A stretch of DNA of 64,000 bases from Octopus vulgaris (GCA_951406725.2 OX597818.1:108810001-108874000), one strand, 5' to 3'; positions 50,093-62,895 are shown, counted from the first letter of the stretch. A program made the numbers and translations. Notes: a model not told the origin generated them from the sequence alone.

Positions 50093-50749
50093 ATTTGTGG
50101 TCTGAATAAAAAGCTGAGTTTCCTGCAGACTGTTCTTACTGGTAACACCATTCATTGCTATTTGATAGATTTGTTTTAGTGAACATTCTCATCTCAATGC
50201 ATCGGTAAGTGATAGAGCTTCAACTGGTACAACATATTGATTATTATAGTTTTTTCCAGTTCATTGATTTAAAAAAAAAAGAAATACTTCGTTTTATGTT
50301 GTTTTTTTTCTTTTTAAAGTTCATTGAATTTAATATTTAATAACTTTTTCTAAAGCTGATATATCAGTGAACTGAAAAACTCAAACATTACTAATATACA
50401 TGGTATAGCATTGGCCAGTTTTATTTTGTTATAAAGGTTCTTGACCAACAGCATCTCAGTGCACGCTTCTGGTCGGAGATACAGCTTACGTAATGTTTCC
50501 AGATTCTGATTGGATTAAATGTAGGCCTATACTGCAGTTGAACAACGGAAGGAGACTGAACACCATAAAGGGAAATATAAGAAACAAGGAATAACATTTC
50601 ATGGCATTCAGAACACTTCTTTAAAACACTCCATGAACAAGAGAACTAGATTACAATAAAATAAAGAACAATACAAATAAAACCTGTACACACAAGGAGA
50701 AATATTTTAATGTTCAATTATTGGAAACTGATTAAGGCGGTCAATATCC

Positions 50750-52150
50750 TTAACTTCTGACACATCACTGATGTCAAAGTGTTGTAATCTTCAAGAAGAA
50801 TGTAATCTTCAGTACCACCCGACACATGATTGATTCCACAGTTTTTAAAATGATTTTGCTGCAATTTCAGTATCCTCAGCATCCTCTAATTTTGAGACCC
50901 ACTCACACAGGTGAACAATAGTCGTTGGTTTTATGTCAGATTGGATGGTCCTCAGTTAGTGATTCCAGTCTTCTTTCATAAACACTTTAAAAGATTCATT
51001 CATGTATATGTCCAGTCGTTGTCCCACAAAAGAAGGGCTAGTTTTTTAGTAAGGTTACAATGATCTGTTGTACTCCATTTGAACTTGGCACACTTTTTGT
51101 TTCTCCACTTCTCTGGGCAGATATAAATAAAAGTTCTATAAAGAATGTTTGTCTTTTGGCAAAGTATTTATCTTGAAAACATTTGTAAGAGTTTGTTTCA
51201 TCAACACAGCATGACAGCACCAGAGTGTAATGGACTTTCTCATCAACAAATGTCTTTATTTGTAGAGTTTTCGTTTCTTTACCATTCACTGTCTCATATG
51301 ATACCATATCAAACATGAACAGCATCGCATCCATGCTTCCAGCCAAACCCAATTTTGTTGTCAGTAACTTTCCTTGCATTGGTTATAAGATTTCTTTCTT
51401 TTATTCTTTTAATTGTTTTAGTCATTTGACTGTGGCCATGCTGGAGCACAACCTTTAATCGAGCAAATTGACCCCAGGACTTTTTTTTTGTAAGCCTAGT
51501 GCTTATTCTATCAGTCTCTTTTGCCTAACCGCTAAGTTACGGGGACATAAACACACCAGCATCGGTTGTCATGCGATGTTGGAGGGACAAACACAGACAC
51601 ACTAACATATACACACACATACATATACATATATATGACAGGCTTCTTTTCAGTTTCCGTCTACCAAATCCACTCACAAGGCTTTGGTTGGCCTGAGGCT
51701 ATAGTAGAAGACACTTGCCCAAGGTGCCATGCAGTGGGACTGAACCCAGAACCATGTGATTCGTAAGCAAGCTACTTACCACACAGCCACTCGTAGACCT
51801 TAATTATTTTATTCCCATAATTTTCTGGCATTTCTTAAGCCACGAAAATCACCCAAATTTTATGCTGCAGCTGTTGCCGTCTGCAATTTGGATTTATTAA
51901 TAAAAGTTTTTGTTGACACAACCCAAATATCTCTCCCTAACCCACTAATATTACATTGCTTCCCATTCTGGCCACCTAACTGCAGACTTATACAGCTTTC
52001 CTTTACATTTTGATACATGTTTCAACAGATGCTCTTGCTATCTGCAGTAGTATGTTATTTTCCACAATAAGAGGGGCTTTAAAATACCTTTCTGCAGTTT
52101 GGCATGCTTAATTACTTGCACTTGTAGTGGATTCAAAACTGAATCGCTAG
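50750..52150 (-). pseudogene. pogo-like (POGK-type DDE_1) transposase relic
   Basis: SMDAMLFMFDMVSYETVNGKETKTLQIKT..DEKVHYTLVLSCCVD and QRLDIYMNESFKVFMKEDW...KPTTIVHLCEWV resemble NMDExPxxFD..EKxxxTVVL..QPLDVxxNKPFK; split by a SINE A. Confidence 0.8.
51404..51792 (-). mobile_element. SINE family A
   Basis: Well-preserved copy inside the pogo relic. Confidence 0.9.
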
Positions 52151-53114
52151 GTAGCTGAGTAGACATCACAACCAAGCCACAGTAGTTTCACATGATCGGC
52201 CAATTAAGCAAATGATTAGCATCAAGCCATCACATGATTCAACTTTCTCATCGAGCCCTATATAAAGGTGGTTTTTGGTTCGTAGTAACTCCAGGATGTT
52301 GAGGCAATTGCCCAATGTCTCCATTCCTTGGGCAGTTTAGAAGACACAGATTTTGTTATGAATATAGCACAACATGCAGCCCTAGAAATACATTTTCATT
52401 CACCAGCAGAAAACAACAGCCCAAGGTTGTCTTATACTTGCAATATGCTATAATGATATAGGCTTGTGAAACTTTTAAGTCAAAGTCTTTTCAAGTTGTA
52501 AAAATAAGTTCCAGCCCAAAAAGATTTTGGTCTGAATTGGTAAAGATTAAAACCTCTGAAGGTTGAAGAGAAGGCAAAGCTGCTAAATTTCGAAATAAAA
52601 GTGCACAGCTAATCACTAAACAGGTGTAGGGTGGGAAAAATTGTCAAATTGCTTTCAACAATAGTCATGTGAAATGTATAAGAAAAGGATTTTGCTGAAA
52701 ATACAGTTTGTATAACATAGACTAATTAGCAAGTGCAGCTGCTTGCTGGACTCATTAATTAGTGATAAATTTCAATTCACATTTTTTGAATCGGCCAGAC
52801 TTATAGTTAGCTGTTATACTCACAAGCCACCAATACCACATTCTCAATGAAGTGGTGCATTGTGTCAGTACATATCACTCAGAGATGACACCAAGTAACA
52901 AAAATGAAGTGTGATAGAGAAACAAGAAGTAAATCTCAGTGAAATTTCCATGAAAGGTGTAAAGAACTGTCAGACGATTAAAAACACATAAGTGTACAAG
53001 ACATTCCACAGAAAGATGGCTACGTTCCATGTATGTTTTCAGTTGAAACCCTTTTAATAAATTGCAAGTTTTGTTTCATGACCTACTGGTGTTTTTCTTT
53101 ATTATCAGCTTTAA

Positions 53115-53811
53115 CCATTTATTATTCAGACCGTTACCAGCATCGCCTTACTGGCACCTGTGACGGCGTCATGTGTAAAGGATTCGAGTGAGGTCGTTGT
53201 CAGTACCGCCTGACTGGCTCCGTGCCGGTGGCACGTAAAAGCACCCACGACACTCTCGGAGTGGCTGGCGTTAGGAAGGGCATCCAGCTGTAGAAACTCT
53301 GCCAGATCAAGATTGAAGCCTGGTGCAGACATCTGGTTTGCCAGCCCTCAGTCAAATCGTCCAACCTATGCTAGCATGGAAAGCGGACGTTAAACGACGA
53401 TGATGATGATTCTTTATTTATTCATATTGTTTTGAATTCATTATACATTATCTTGCGACCTTGAGATTTCTATGATATGATTGTTTATTTTTTTAGGACC
53501 TTTCCTGTGCTTGTGCCACCAAAACTGACCGTGCCTGTGCCACATAAAAAGAAATTTGCTGAGTGGTTGGTGTTAGGAAAGGCATCCAGCTGCACTAAAA
53601 TCCAGCCAAAACAGTTGCAGAAGTTTGGTGCCAGCTTCTGCCTGCCTGGCTCCTGTCAAACCATCTCACCCATATCAGCAGGGAAGGTGGACATTAAATG
53701 ATGATGAAGAATGAGATTGTAGGGTAGGTGTGAGAGGCTTGATTTAGTTGAACTGAATATAAAACTGGTAGAGTATTTGAGGCTGATATGGCCAGTTTGA
53801 ATGCTAAAGGG
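53115..53811. mobile_element. piggyBac-type MITE family P1 with two family C insertions (about 53130-53410 and 53500-53708)
   Basis: TTAA|CC...GCTAAAGGG|TTAA termini; the body resumes after each insertion. Confidence 0.8.
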
Positions 53812-54448
53812 TTAAAACTAATTCCACTGTTTCCTGTTGATGCTGCCTCAAAACAACACCTTTCATTTCATAAACAACAGAAAACACACAAAAAAACAAG
53901 AGGTGAGGGATGGTTCAGTTACAATGGCCATAATATTAAATCAAATTAGCAGATAACATATTTAATATATTGCAATGTTATTCATTTTGTCACATTTTAC
54001 TGCCCCTTTAAGGATTGAATGGTGTGAAGAGAGTGAAAAACCTGGTAAAATGAATCTGCTTACAAGACAATGTGTTCGTCTATAAATACTTGCTAATAAC
54101 AGAATGAACTTTTGTAATCACTAAAAGATTTTTAGAGATATTTTTTGGTTTATTTACTATTTTAGCAAAGTATAATCTACGCACATCATTCATAGGTCAC
54201 AGACAGATTACTGTCCCTTAAAGACAATCCTCCTCTGGGATTCAGACTAGTTTATGGAAACTGGAGCATTTGTCTTCTATGATGCACAATAAATTTTCAA
54301 AAGTTATTTTAGGAAAAACAGTGTCCTGTCTGAAAATATGGTACCAAATGCAATTATTTTTTATAGAACAGAGATTATTTTTTACTGAGGAGAGAATAAT
54401 GCTACTTTAGTTAGTAAAGAACTTGTTAGCTCTAATGTGATAGTTTAA

Positions 54449-54670
54449 CCCTTTTGATACCAACCCTGTTGAAACTGCTTTTGTCTGTATAACACAAATT
54501 TCATGTTTTAAAGAGATCTAAATGAAAACCTGTCGTCAAAATTTCATGTTAATTTATGTTCTAATCACCAGTTTAATAACGACAATATTATTTTACTACG
54601 TTGCTTATTATTTTCAAAATTAATTATAATAAAGTTAATGTATTTCAACAGAAATCTGGTAACAAAAGGG
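54449..54670. mobile_element. piggyBac-type MITE family P2
   Basis: TTAA|CCCTTTTGATACC...GGTAACAAAAGGG|TCAA. Confidence 0.8.
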
Positions 54671-55699
54671 TCAAGTTGTTCAAAGCCCTTTATTGTGTAC
54701 TTGCCAACTCCTTTATCTGGCATGTGACACATGTGTGGTTTGGTTCCCTTACGTTGTTCTATTCATTAATTCTGTCTAAAGTCATATTTATGTGTTATAA
54801 AAGTTTATGTTACCGAAATCTTAAAATACTTATGGTTATTATTTACAATTTCATATTCTGGGGTTTGTTTCGATCTTCAGAAGAATATCAATGTGATTTG
54901 AACTATATTAAATAGTTTGGGGCTTTCAAAATAGTGAAGATCCCCATGAGATGTGAGAGGAATTAAATACTGTTCAGTTATCCAATAACACACACACACA
55001 CACATATATATATAAAAAGAGTTACTTTGATAGTTTAAGATATTTTAGCAGAAGTTGTGGTGCAATGATCCAACATACAAGAGATACACTGGTTGACCCC
55101 GCCACCTTGTGGGTAGCTTCATTCACTTTTGTGTCTTAGGTTGTATTTGAATACATATTATATTAACGTTACACATACACACATGCACACACACACACAC
55201 ATGACATTTTCCTATGTATGTATTAGACATACAAACTAGACGCTGCCTACTCGTATCTGCAAACACTTCACTTCACATATTCCCCCGTGGCTAACTGTAT
55301 ACACAAAGACTTCCATTTTTCACACTTTGCTAACTTCAATGCATCACATACCATCTATCGACAAAAAGTATGAACTTTTCACTTGTGAGCAAGAAAACAC
55401 ATTAGTCATCTTCAAATATATTCTCTGCTTCCGGAAACTTCTGAACGATGTAGATTTGGAAAAATTAAAATAGATTGGAAATATGAAATATATAAAAAAA
55501 AAAAAGGTAAATAAATAGGACAAATTTTTAAAAAAAGAACAAAAAAAAACTTGAAGAAATGGCTAAAAATATTGTTTTGAAGAACATTGTTCAATGGAAG
55601 GAGGAGGGGTAATTTAAAGATAAATCCCAACATGGGCAGAACTAAATCAACCTTTAGATATATTCTAATGATTATATTGTATGTACATGTGTATGAGCA

Positions 55700-55923
55700 G
55701 GTACTTGTGCTGGTGCCACATATAAAGCACTGATACTGATGCCAGATCAGAAGCACCCTGTACACTCTGTAAAGTGGAAGGGCATCCGGTCATAGAAACC
55801 ATGTCAAAACAGATGATTGGAGCCTGGTGCAACAACTGTCTGGCTTGCCAGCTCCTGTCAAACCATCCAACCCATGCCAGCATGGAAAAAGAGACATTAA
55901 ATAATGATGATGATGATGATGAT
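55700..55923 (+). mobile_element. Family C LINE tail
   Basis: GGAAGGGCATCCGG core and (GAT)n tail. Confidence 0.8.
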
Positions 55924-56138
55924 CTCTTTGTTTCACACACTCATATACATACATATATACACATATACATATTTACAGTATCTATACACATATACCTGCT
56001 TATATACATATTTATCTGTACACACACATTCACACAAACACATATATATGAGGAGAGAGAGGGGGGATGAACATGAATACACTCAACATACAAACACATA
56101 CACATGCAGTTCTATATTTAAGAGACGAGGAATTATAT

Positions 56139-56437
56139 ACATTATTTACGTTTAACAGATATTTGTCCTCATCTTTTTTGTTGGTAACACAACATTTCGG
56201 CTGTTATACCCTCCAGCCTTCATCAGGTGTCTTGGGGAAATTTTGAACCTAGGTTCTCATTCCTAAGGTATTTTCTGATGTTGTTGTTGTTGTTCTTCTT
56301 CTTCTTATTATTATTCAGGTCACTGCTTGGAATCGAACTCAGAATTGTGGGGTTAGTAGCCATGCTCTTAACCACTATGCTATATGCCCAGGCATATAGC
56401 ATATTGGTTAAGAGTGCAGGCTACTAACCCCAAGATC
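56139..56437 (-). mobile_element. tRNA-headed short retroelement with hammerhead motif and inverted head duplication (putative Penelope-dependent SINE)
   Basis: Minus strand: A-box-like TAGCATAGTGG, anticodon-like GG-CTACTAA-CC, B box GAGTTCGATTCC (56329-56340), (AAT/AAG/AAC)n spacer, then a hammerhead core; the head is repeated in inverted orientation at 56391-56437. Confidence 0.75.
56186..56231 (-). ncRNA. Minimal type I hammerhead ribozyme motif
   Basis: GACAC-CTGATGA-A-GGCTG-gagggtataa-CAGCC-GAAA-TGTT-GTGTT: stem I GACAC/GTGTT, stem II GGCTG/CAGCC, conserved CUGAUGA and GAAA, vestigial stem III. Confidence 0.7.
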
Positions 56438-56659
56438 TATTTCCACTTTCTGTAATTTGTAATTTTCTCAATTTTTTGTACATGATGCTTCCATTTTAGT
56501 TGGGCCTCACAAAATGGTGCCTTGGCACTTTCAAAGGAACTGCTCTCTCTACCATGTATCTATAAAGTACTAATCTGTATATCTCAAGCACTGTACTAAA
56601 TGCCTCTTCCAGATGGATTGAGTTCTGTGTACCTGATGATTCAATATATGCTTATACAA

Positions 56660-57088
56660 AGGTAGTGAGCAAGCAGAAACGTTAGCACGCCGGACGAAAT
56701 GCTTAATGGTATTTCATCTGTCTTTACGTTCTGAGTTCAAATTCTGCCGAGGTTGACTTTGCCTTTCATCCTTTCGGGATCGATTAAATAAGTACCAGTT
56801 ACACACTGGGGTCAATTAAATAAGTACCAGTTACGCACTGGGGTCGATTAAATAAGTACCAGTTACGCACTGGGTCGATATAATCAACTTAATCCATTTG
56901 TCTGTCCTTGTTTGTCCTCTCTGTGTTTAGCCCCTTGTGGGTAGTAAAGAAATAGGTATTTCATGTCTTTACATTCTGAGTTCAAATTCTGCCAAGGACA
57001 TACTTTGCCTTGCATCCTTTTGGAGTTGATAAATTAAGTACCAGTTGCAATCTAATCAACTGGCCCTCTCCCCCAAAATTTCGGGCCA
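56660..57088 (+). mobile_element. SINE family B composite: full copy with internal 32-bp triplication plus a headless second unit
   Basis: GGGGTCGATTAAATAAGTACCAGTTACGCACT-type unit three times (56776-56871); second unit starts at about 56955 and ends in tail type 2. Confidence 0.88.
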
Positions 57089-57245
57089 ACTATGGTTTTG
57101 CTATGGCTTTATTAGCCATATTCAGCCTAGCAAGTTCTAATCAAACTTGCTTTATTTCGACTGGAAGTAGTTGCTACATACAGAAGCAGAGCTGTAAATA
57201 ATTTTTGACAGGTATAATTTACCTTAGAAAAATAGAATGGATTAA

Positions 57246-58309
57246 CCCTTTCGTTACCAAACTGCCCAAAGCTGCCCAAAAAAAATTTTAGTTAATGTGA
57301 CCAAACCGCCCAAAGCCGCCCGAATTTACCTATTCATATTTAAATGAGAATATCAGAGCAAATCTCTTTAGTACATTCATGAAAACACGTGATTATGCTT
57401 CGTAAACAGTTCATCTACAGTTTTGTACAACGATCGACGTGTAATTTTAATTCCCTGAATTTTGGGAGATTTTTTTCCACATTTTTTTCGGCATCAATTT
57501 TTCTTCAACTTTGAAAATGGATAGGAGTTTCATGTTATCAAGCATTGATTTCGAATTGGAAAATTTGTGAAATAAATACTGGGTACTATTGTGTATTTAG
57601 TTTTTATACAGGGAAACTAATGTTAGTCAGCATGGCTTAGGGTATGATGTGGTCTGGAAGTTATTGTTTGAAGCAATCAATGCGGAAACAAACTTACGCA
57701 GAATGTAAACAAAACATAAAATGGGGGATCAAGTTTCGGAAAATTTGTGAAGCAAATACTGGGTACTGCGTGGATTTAGTTTTTATACAGGGAAAATAAT
57801 GTTAGTCAGCATGGCCTAGGGAACGAAGTGGTCTGGAATTTATCACTTCCATACCATAACCAGGGCCGTATATTATTTTTTGACCGATTTCTTTAGTTCA
57901 GTCAAACTTACGGTGGATTCCAGTATTTCACTTTATTCCACCTTTATGGTACACCTGTTGTGCATTAAATTCAACTGATGATATAGTGATGTGCACAATT
58001 CTTCTTTATCAAAATTTTGTTGCATACCCATTTGAATATTAGCTGATGATTCATTTTCTATGGTGATATTTAAACAAAATTTTAATATTTTTACCTCTTG
58101 CTCAATTTAAAATTTTAATATTTTTACCTTATGCAATAGAATTGATTAAGAACCCATTCTTTAATTATGTTCCAAATATCACATTAATATGTTGATAAGT
58201 AAAAAAGTTACAGTTATTTAATGAAACAAGCCTAGATTCATGATTATTTTAGAATTTAATTGAAACTCATGAGGGGTGTATTTTGGTCAGAAATATAGTA
58301 ACGAAAGGG
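57246..58309. mobile_element. Non-autonomous piggyBac-type element (1064 bp)
   Basis: Perfect TTAA TSDs (57242-57245, 58310-58313), 12-bp TIR CCCTTTCGTTAC/GTAACGAAAGGG, internal ~105-bp direct repeat; no ORF. Confidence 0.92.
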
Positions 58310-59657
58310 TTAAAGGAAATAAGTCAATTGGACCCATGACATGAACATAGAGGTGTAAGTTAAAGGATGTGTGCTGAATGGCAAAGGCAAAAATTTTTTA
58401 ATTAATTGAAATTTCTCTCTTGGAGGAACAAAACAAATACCTAGTGGTAATTGTTATTCATTAAAAAAAAAAGAGTAAATTTATCTCAGAGTAACTAATC
58501 TAAAATTCATGGCAATTGGTTCACTTGAGTTATCTTGGTTCTTTTATTTTTTAATTATTAAGAGCAACTGATGACAAGCTGCAGGCAAATCAAAGGTAAT
58601 TGTTCTGTGATTCCACCAACTATTCTTGGCATCGACAGTTGATAAATGTGCTTAATAAATGTATGTATGAACGAACGTGCCAGAAAGAGAGAGAAAGACA
58701 GAGACAGAGAGAGAGAAAGAGGGGAGAGAGTGAGAGAGAGAGAAACCATTAGGGAATACTGCATACATTGGTCATGTTTGAAACATATTCAGAATGTTTG
58801 AGATATGTTAGATAGCACTGATGTAACTCTATCTAAACTAAACTAAAATGGAACCTGCTAACAAGATTACCAAGAGAAGTGAACCGAGCAGGGAATCTCA
58901 ATGCATATTTTGTAACAGAACCCATTCATATTTTGTGATCTTGTTAGCAGTTTCCAACTTAATTTCATTTTGTATCATATGAAGTTGAATATCACTGTGC
59001 ACAACATACACTGATGGTTCACCAGTAATACTAAATTCACAAAACTCTACATTTCTGAACCAACTGAGGAATCATTCCATTACAACCTGAGAAGTCTTGC
59101 TCATCCTCTTTTTTTTTTTTTCTTTTGTGAAATAAAATAGAAAAAAACAAAACATGAGCAAGGGGCAGAACTTTTCATACTAAATCTAATATAATTAATA
59201 TCATTACTACTGAGCCTATGTGGGTGCCTTGATATGTCTACTTGACTTGCTAGGAATAATGACAAAATAAAAGGTCCACTTTACCAACTGAAAGACATCC
59301 GAAGGCCAATGTAAAATGATACATTCACAAATATACTGATGGCCCTTTACACAAATATACATACCATGCCAACATGGAAAACGAACATTAAACGATGATG
59401 ATGAAGGATAAAATGATTCAGAGCTGCATTGGAAAATTAACTGAAATATATCAGTAAATGTAGAGACAGATATGAATATGAAAACTGCAGTTAGGAGAAT
59501 AAAGATATTAAATAGCATAGAACAGCATGATTAAAAACTCATAGTTTTATACACAGATAATTACATGTATGTATGTATTTATACACATAAAGATAAAAAT
59601 ATAGACATGATTACAAATAGTCCTATGCATATTTATATACTCTTTTCTTTTTTTTAT

Positions 59658-59857
59658 TCTTTTACTTGTTTCAGTCATTTGACTGCGGCCATGCTGGAGC
59701 ACCGCCTTTAGTCGAGCAAATCGACCCCGGGACTTATTCTTTGTAAGCCCAGTACTTATTCTATCGGTGCCTTTTGCTGAACCGCTAAGTGACGGGGATG
59801 TAAACACACCAGCATCGGTTGTTAAGCAATGCTAGGGGGACAAACACAGACACACAA

Positions 59858-59888
<31 letters not shown>

Positions 59889-60059
59889 CATATATACGAC
59901 AGGCTTCTTTCAGTTTCCATCTACCAAATCCACTCACAAGGCTTTGGTTGGCCCGGGGCTATAGCAGAAGACACTTGCCCAAAATGCCACGCAGTGGACT
60001 GAACCCGGAACCATGTGGTTGGTAAGCAAGCTACTTACCACACAGCCACTCCTGCGCCT
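59658..60059 (-). mobile_element. SINE family A (best-preserved copy)
   Basis: Head GGCGCAGGAGTGGCTGTGTGGTAAG...CCGGGTTCAGTCC, internal TA/TG tract, tail GACTGAAACAAGTAAAAGA; CpGs retained. Confidence 0.92.
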
Positions 60060-60099
60060 ACACCCATAAAAAATATGCAAAATGTATGTGTGTGTGTAT

Positions 60100-60600
60100 A
60101 TCATCATCATCGTTTAGCGTCCGCTTTCCATGCTAGCATGGGTTGGACGGTTCAACTGGGGTTTGGGAAGCCAGAAGGCTGCACCAGACCCAGTCTGATC
60201 TGGCAATGTTTCTACGGCTGGATGCCCTTCCAAACGCCAACCACTCCATGAGTATAGTGGGTGCTTTTTACGTGCCACTGGCACAGGTGCCAGACGAGGC
60301 TACACACACACACATTCATATAAGCATAAAGTTTACACTGTAAAGTGGTTGGTGTTTGCAAGGGCATCCAGCTGTAAAAACCTTGCCAAAACTGACCTCG
60401 CCTGTACTTGTGCCATGTAAAAAGCACTAAATCCAATCTGCTGAGTGGCTGGTGTTAGGAAGGGAATCCAGCTGTAAGAATCCTGCCAAAACAGTCACAG
60501 AAGTCTGGTGCAGGCTTTTGCCTGGCCAGTCTTGTCAAACTGTCCCACCCAAGCTAGCATGGAAGAAGGACTTTACACAATGATGATGGTGATGATGATA
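60100..60600. mobile_element. Divergently oriented pair of family C tails
   Basis: Minus copy about 60100-60300, plus copy about 60330-60600. Confidence 0.85.
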
Positions 60601-60689
60601 AAAATATACATGTATATGCATATATACATATATATATATTGACATATGCTGGCACACAAATTTAAATATTGTTTCAAATTGTTGGCACA

Positions 60690-60885
60690 ATGCCAACAAT
60701 TTCGGTGTGGAAGGAGTAAATCAATCACATTGGCCTGAGTATTCAAATGGTTCATATTTTATCGACCCTGAAAGGATGAAAGGCAAAGTCAACCTCAACG
60801 GAATTTGAATTCAGAGTGTAGAGACATACAAATTGCCAGTAGGCATTTTGCCTGACATGCAAACGATTCTGCCAGCTGGCCACCA
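60690..60885 (-). mobile_element. SINE family B, diverged
   Basis: TTTATCGACCCTGAAAGGATGAAAGGCAAAGTC core. Confidence 0.8.
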
Positions 60886-61196
60886 ACACAAATTAAAAAT
60901 ATTAAAATCTTACAGGTAAAACAAGAGTGTAAACATGTCCTTTTTATACAACTGATTTGTGAAAAACAGAGGGGGAAGAGTCCCTTGACAAACCATTGCA
61001 GAATTTGTTGATCAATTCTCAAATAAGACAATACATGACTTTCTTCTGTAATCAACAACACAGATCTGTTGGTATCGAAAGTAGTCATAGATTAGTGTAG
61101 CAGTGTAGTGGATAGCTTAATTTGCATGTTCATGCTTTGATAACTCTTCATTAAGCGAATAATAATTTATGCACAACAGTGTAAATCAGATGAACT

Positions 61197-61350
61197 GAGT
61201 GTGGCTGTGTGGTAAGAAGTTTGCTTCCCAACTGCAAGGTTATGGGTTCAGTCCCAACTTGGCCCCTTGGGACAATGTCTTCTGCTATAGTCCCTGGTCT
61301 ACCAAAAGCTTGTGAGTGGATTTGGCAACTGAAAGAAACCTATTTCATGT
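61197..61350 (+). mobile_element. SINE family A 5' half
   Basis: GTGGCTGTGTGGTAAG...GGGTTCAGTCCC head. Confidence 0.8.
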
Positions 61351-62017
61351 GTGTGTGTGCATTCACACACACATTTATACTTCAAGGTCTATTGTAATTG
61401 TTGATGGTGAGGTTGTGACTATCATAACTGTTCATCATAATTTTCCATTTAAATTTTTTATTTAAGTTTATATCTAAATTGTAGTCAAAGACTGGAAAAA
61501 GCTGTACAAATGCATCTGCGTCCTTCACCATTCCTCTTATCTTCAGAGCCCAGATAAAATTGTCCAATACAGCCCCCACCACAATTCAGTGCCATCCACT
61601 TTGTGAAATGCTACTTTGACAATTCTGCCAATTCCACCACCCCCTCACCACACACACACGTATGTAAAAGACTATGTATGTATATGGATGCATTTATATG
61701 GAGAAGGGAGATCTAGCTGAATAAATAAATACAATGACAGACTTATAAGGCAGGCAGATGGATAGATATGGTAATTCTAATTATCATGAGGACATGTAAT
61801 TACATTTAGATTGGATTACATTGGAATATAGAATTATGCATTGTCACATATACACATGCGAGAGTGTATATATATGTATTTTCATTTGTGTGTACGTAGA
61901 TATATGTACATACACATATACATACACACACTGATCATGTAATCAAAAGTTCATGCTACTAACAAATATAAAAAATAAGAGGTAAAAAAACACCATCAAC
62001 AATGACAGAGGTGTTAG

Positions 62018-62895
62018 TCATCATCATCATCATCGTCGTCGTTTGATGTCCGCTTTCCATGCTGGCATGGGTTGGACAGTTTGACTGAAGACTGGCGAAC
62101 CAGAAGGCTGCACCAGGCTCCAATCTGATCTGGCAGAGTTTCTACAGCTGGATGCCCTTCCTAACACCAACCACTCTGAGTGTATAGTGGGTGCTTTTAC
62201 ATGCCACCAACACGAGGGCCAGTCAGGTGGTTCTGGCAACAACCACGCTCAAAATGTGTTTTCTATGTGCTACATGCACAGGAGCCAGTCCAGCGGCACT
62301 GGCAATGTCCATGCTCAAATGTTGCTCTTCATGTGCCAGTAAGGCGACGCTCCAATGGTGCTTTATTGACATGACACTGGCACGGGAGCCAGTCAGCAGC
62401 CCTGGCAACAATCACGCTCTGATGGTGCTTTTAACTTTCCACTGGCACAAGTGCCAATCAGGTGGTACTGTCATCAGCCACATCAGCGATTTTGATTTGT
62501 TTTCATTTGCCTCAATAGGTCTTCGCAAGCAAAGTTCATTGCCCAATGAATGACGGGTACTCATAAGGGGCCTGGTAAACCCCCCAGATGTACAAGTGCC
62601 AATCAGGTGGCACTGTCATTGGCTATGTCAGCAATTTTGATTTCACTTGCCTCAACAGCTCTCCGCAAGCAAAGTTTATTGCCCAATGAATGACGGGTAC
62701 TCATAAGTGGGCTAGTTATACACCACTGGCATAGGTTATGGTCTCACTTGGCTTGTCGGGTTTTCTCCAGCACAGTATATCTCCAAAGGTCTCGGTCACT
62801 TGTCATTGCCTTGGTAGGGCCCAATGTTCGAAGTCGTACTTCACCACCTCATCTCAGGTCTTCCTGGGTCTACCTCTTCCACAGGTTCCCTCAAA
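62018..62895 (-). mobile_element. 5'-truncated RTE-type LINE: end of RT ORF plus complete family C 3' UTR
   Basis: Minus strand EGTCGRGRPRKT*DEVVKYD, then UTR with a ~120-bp duplication, about 5 hairpin units, core and (GAT)n tail. Confidence 0.9.

Noticed and set aside
56318-56389. Possible tRNA gene (anticodon ACT)
   Set aside because: Acceptor and anticodon stems are imperfect and it is fused to repeat body sequence; treated as a SINE head. The same applies to the heads of families A, B and D.
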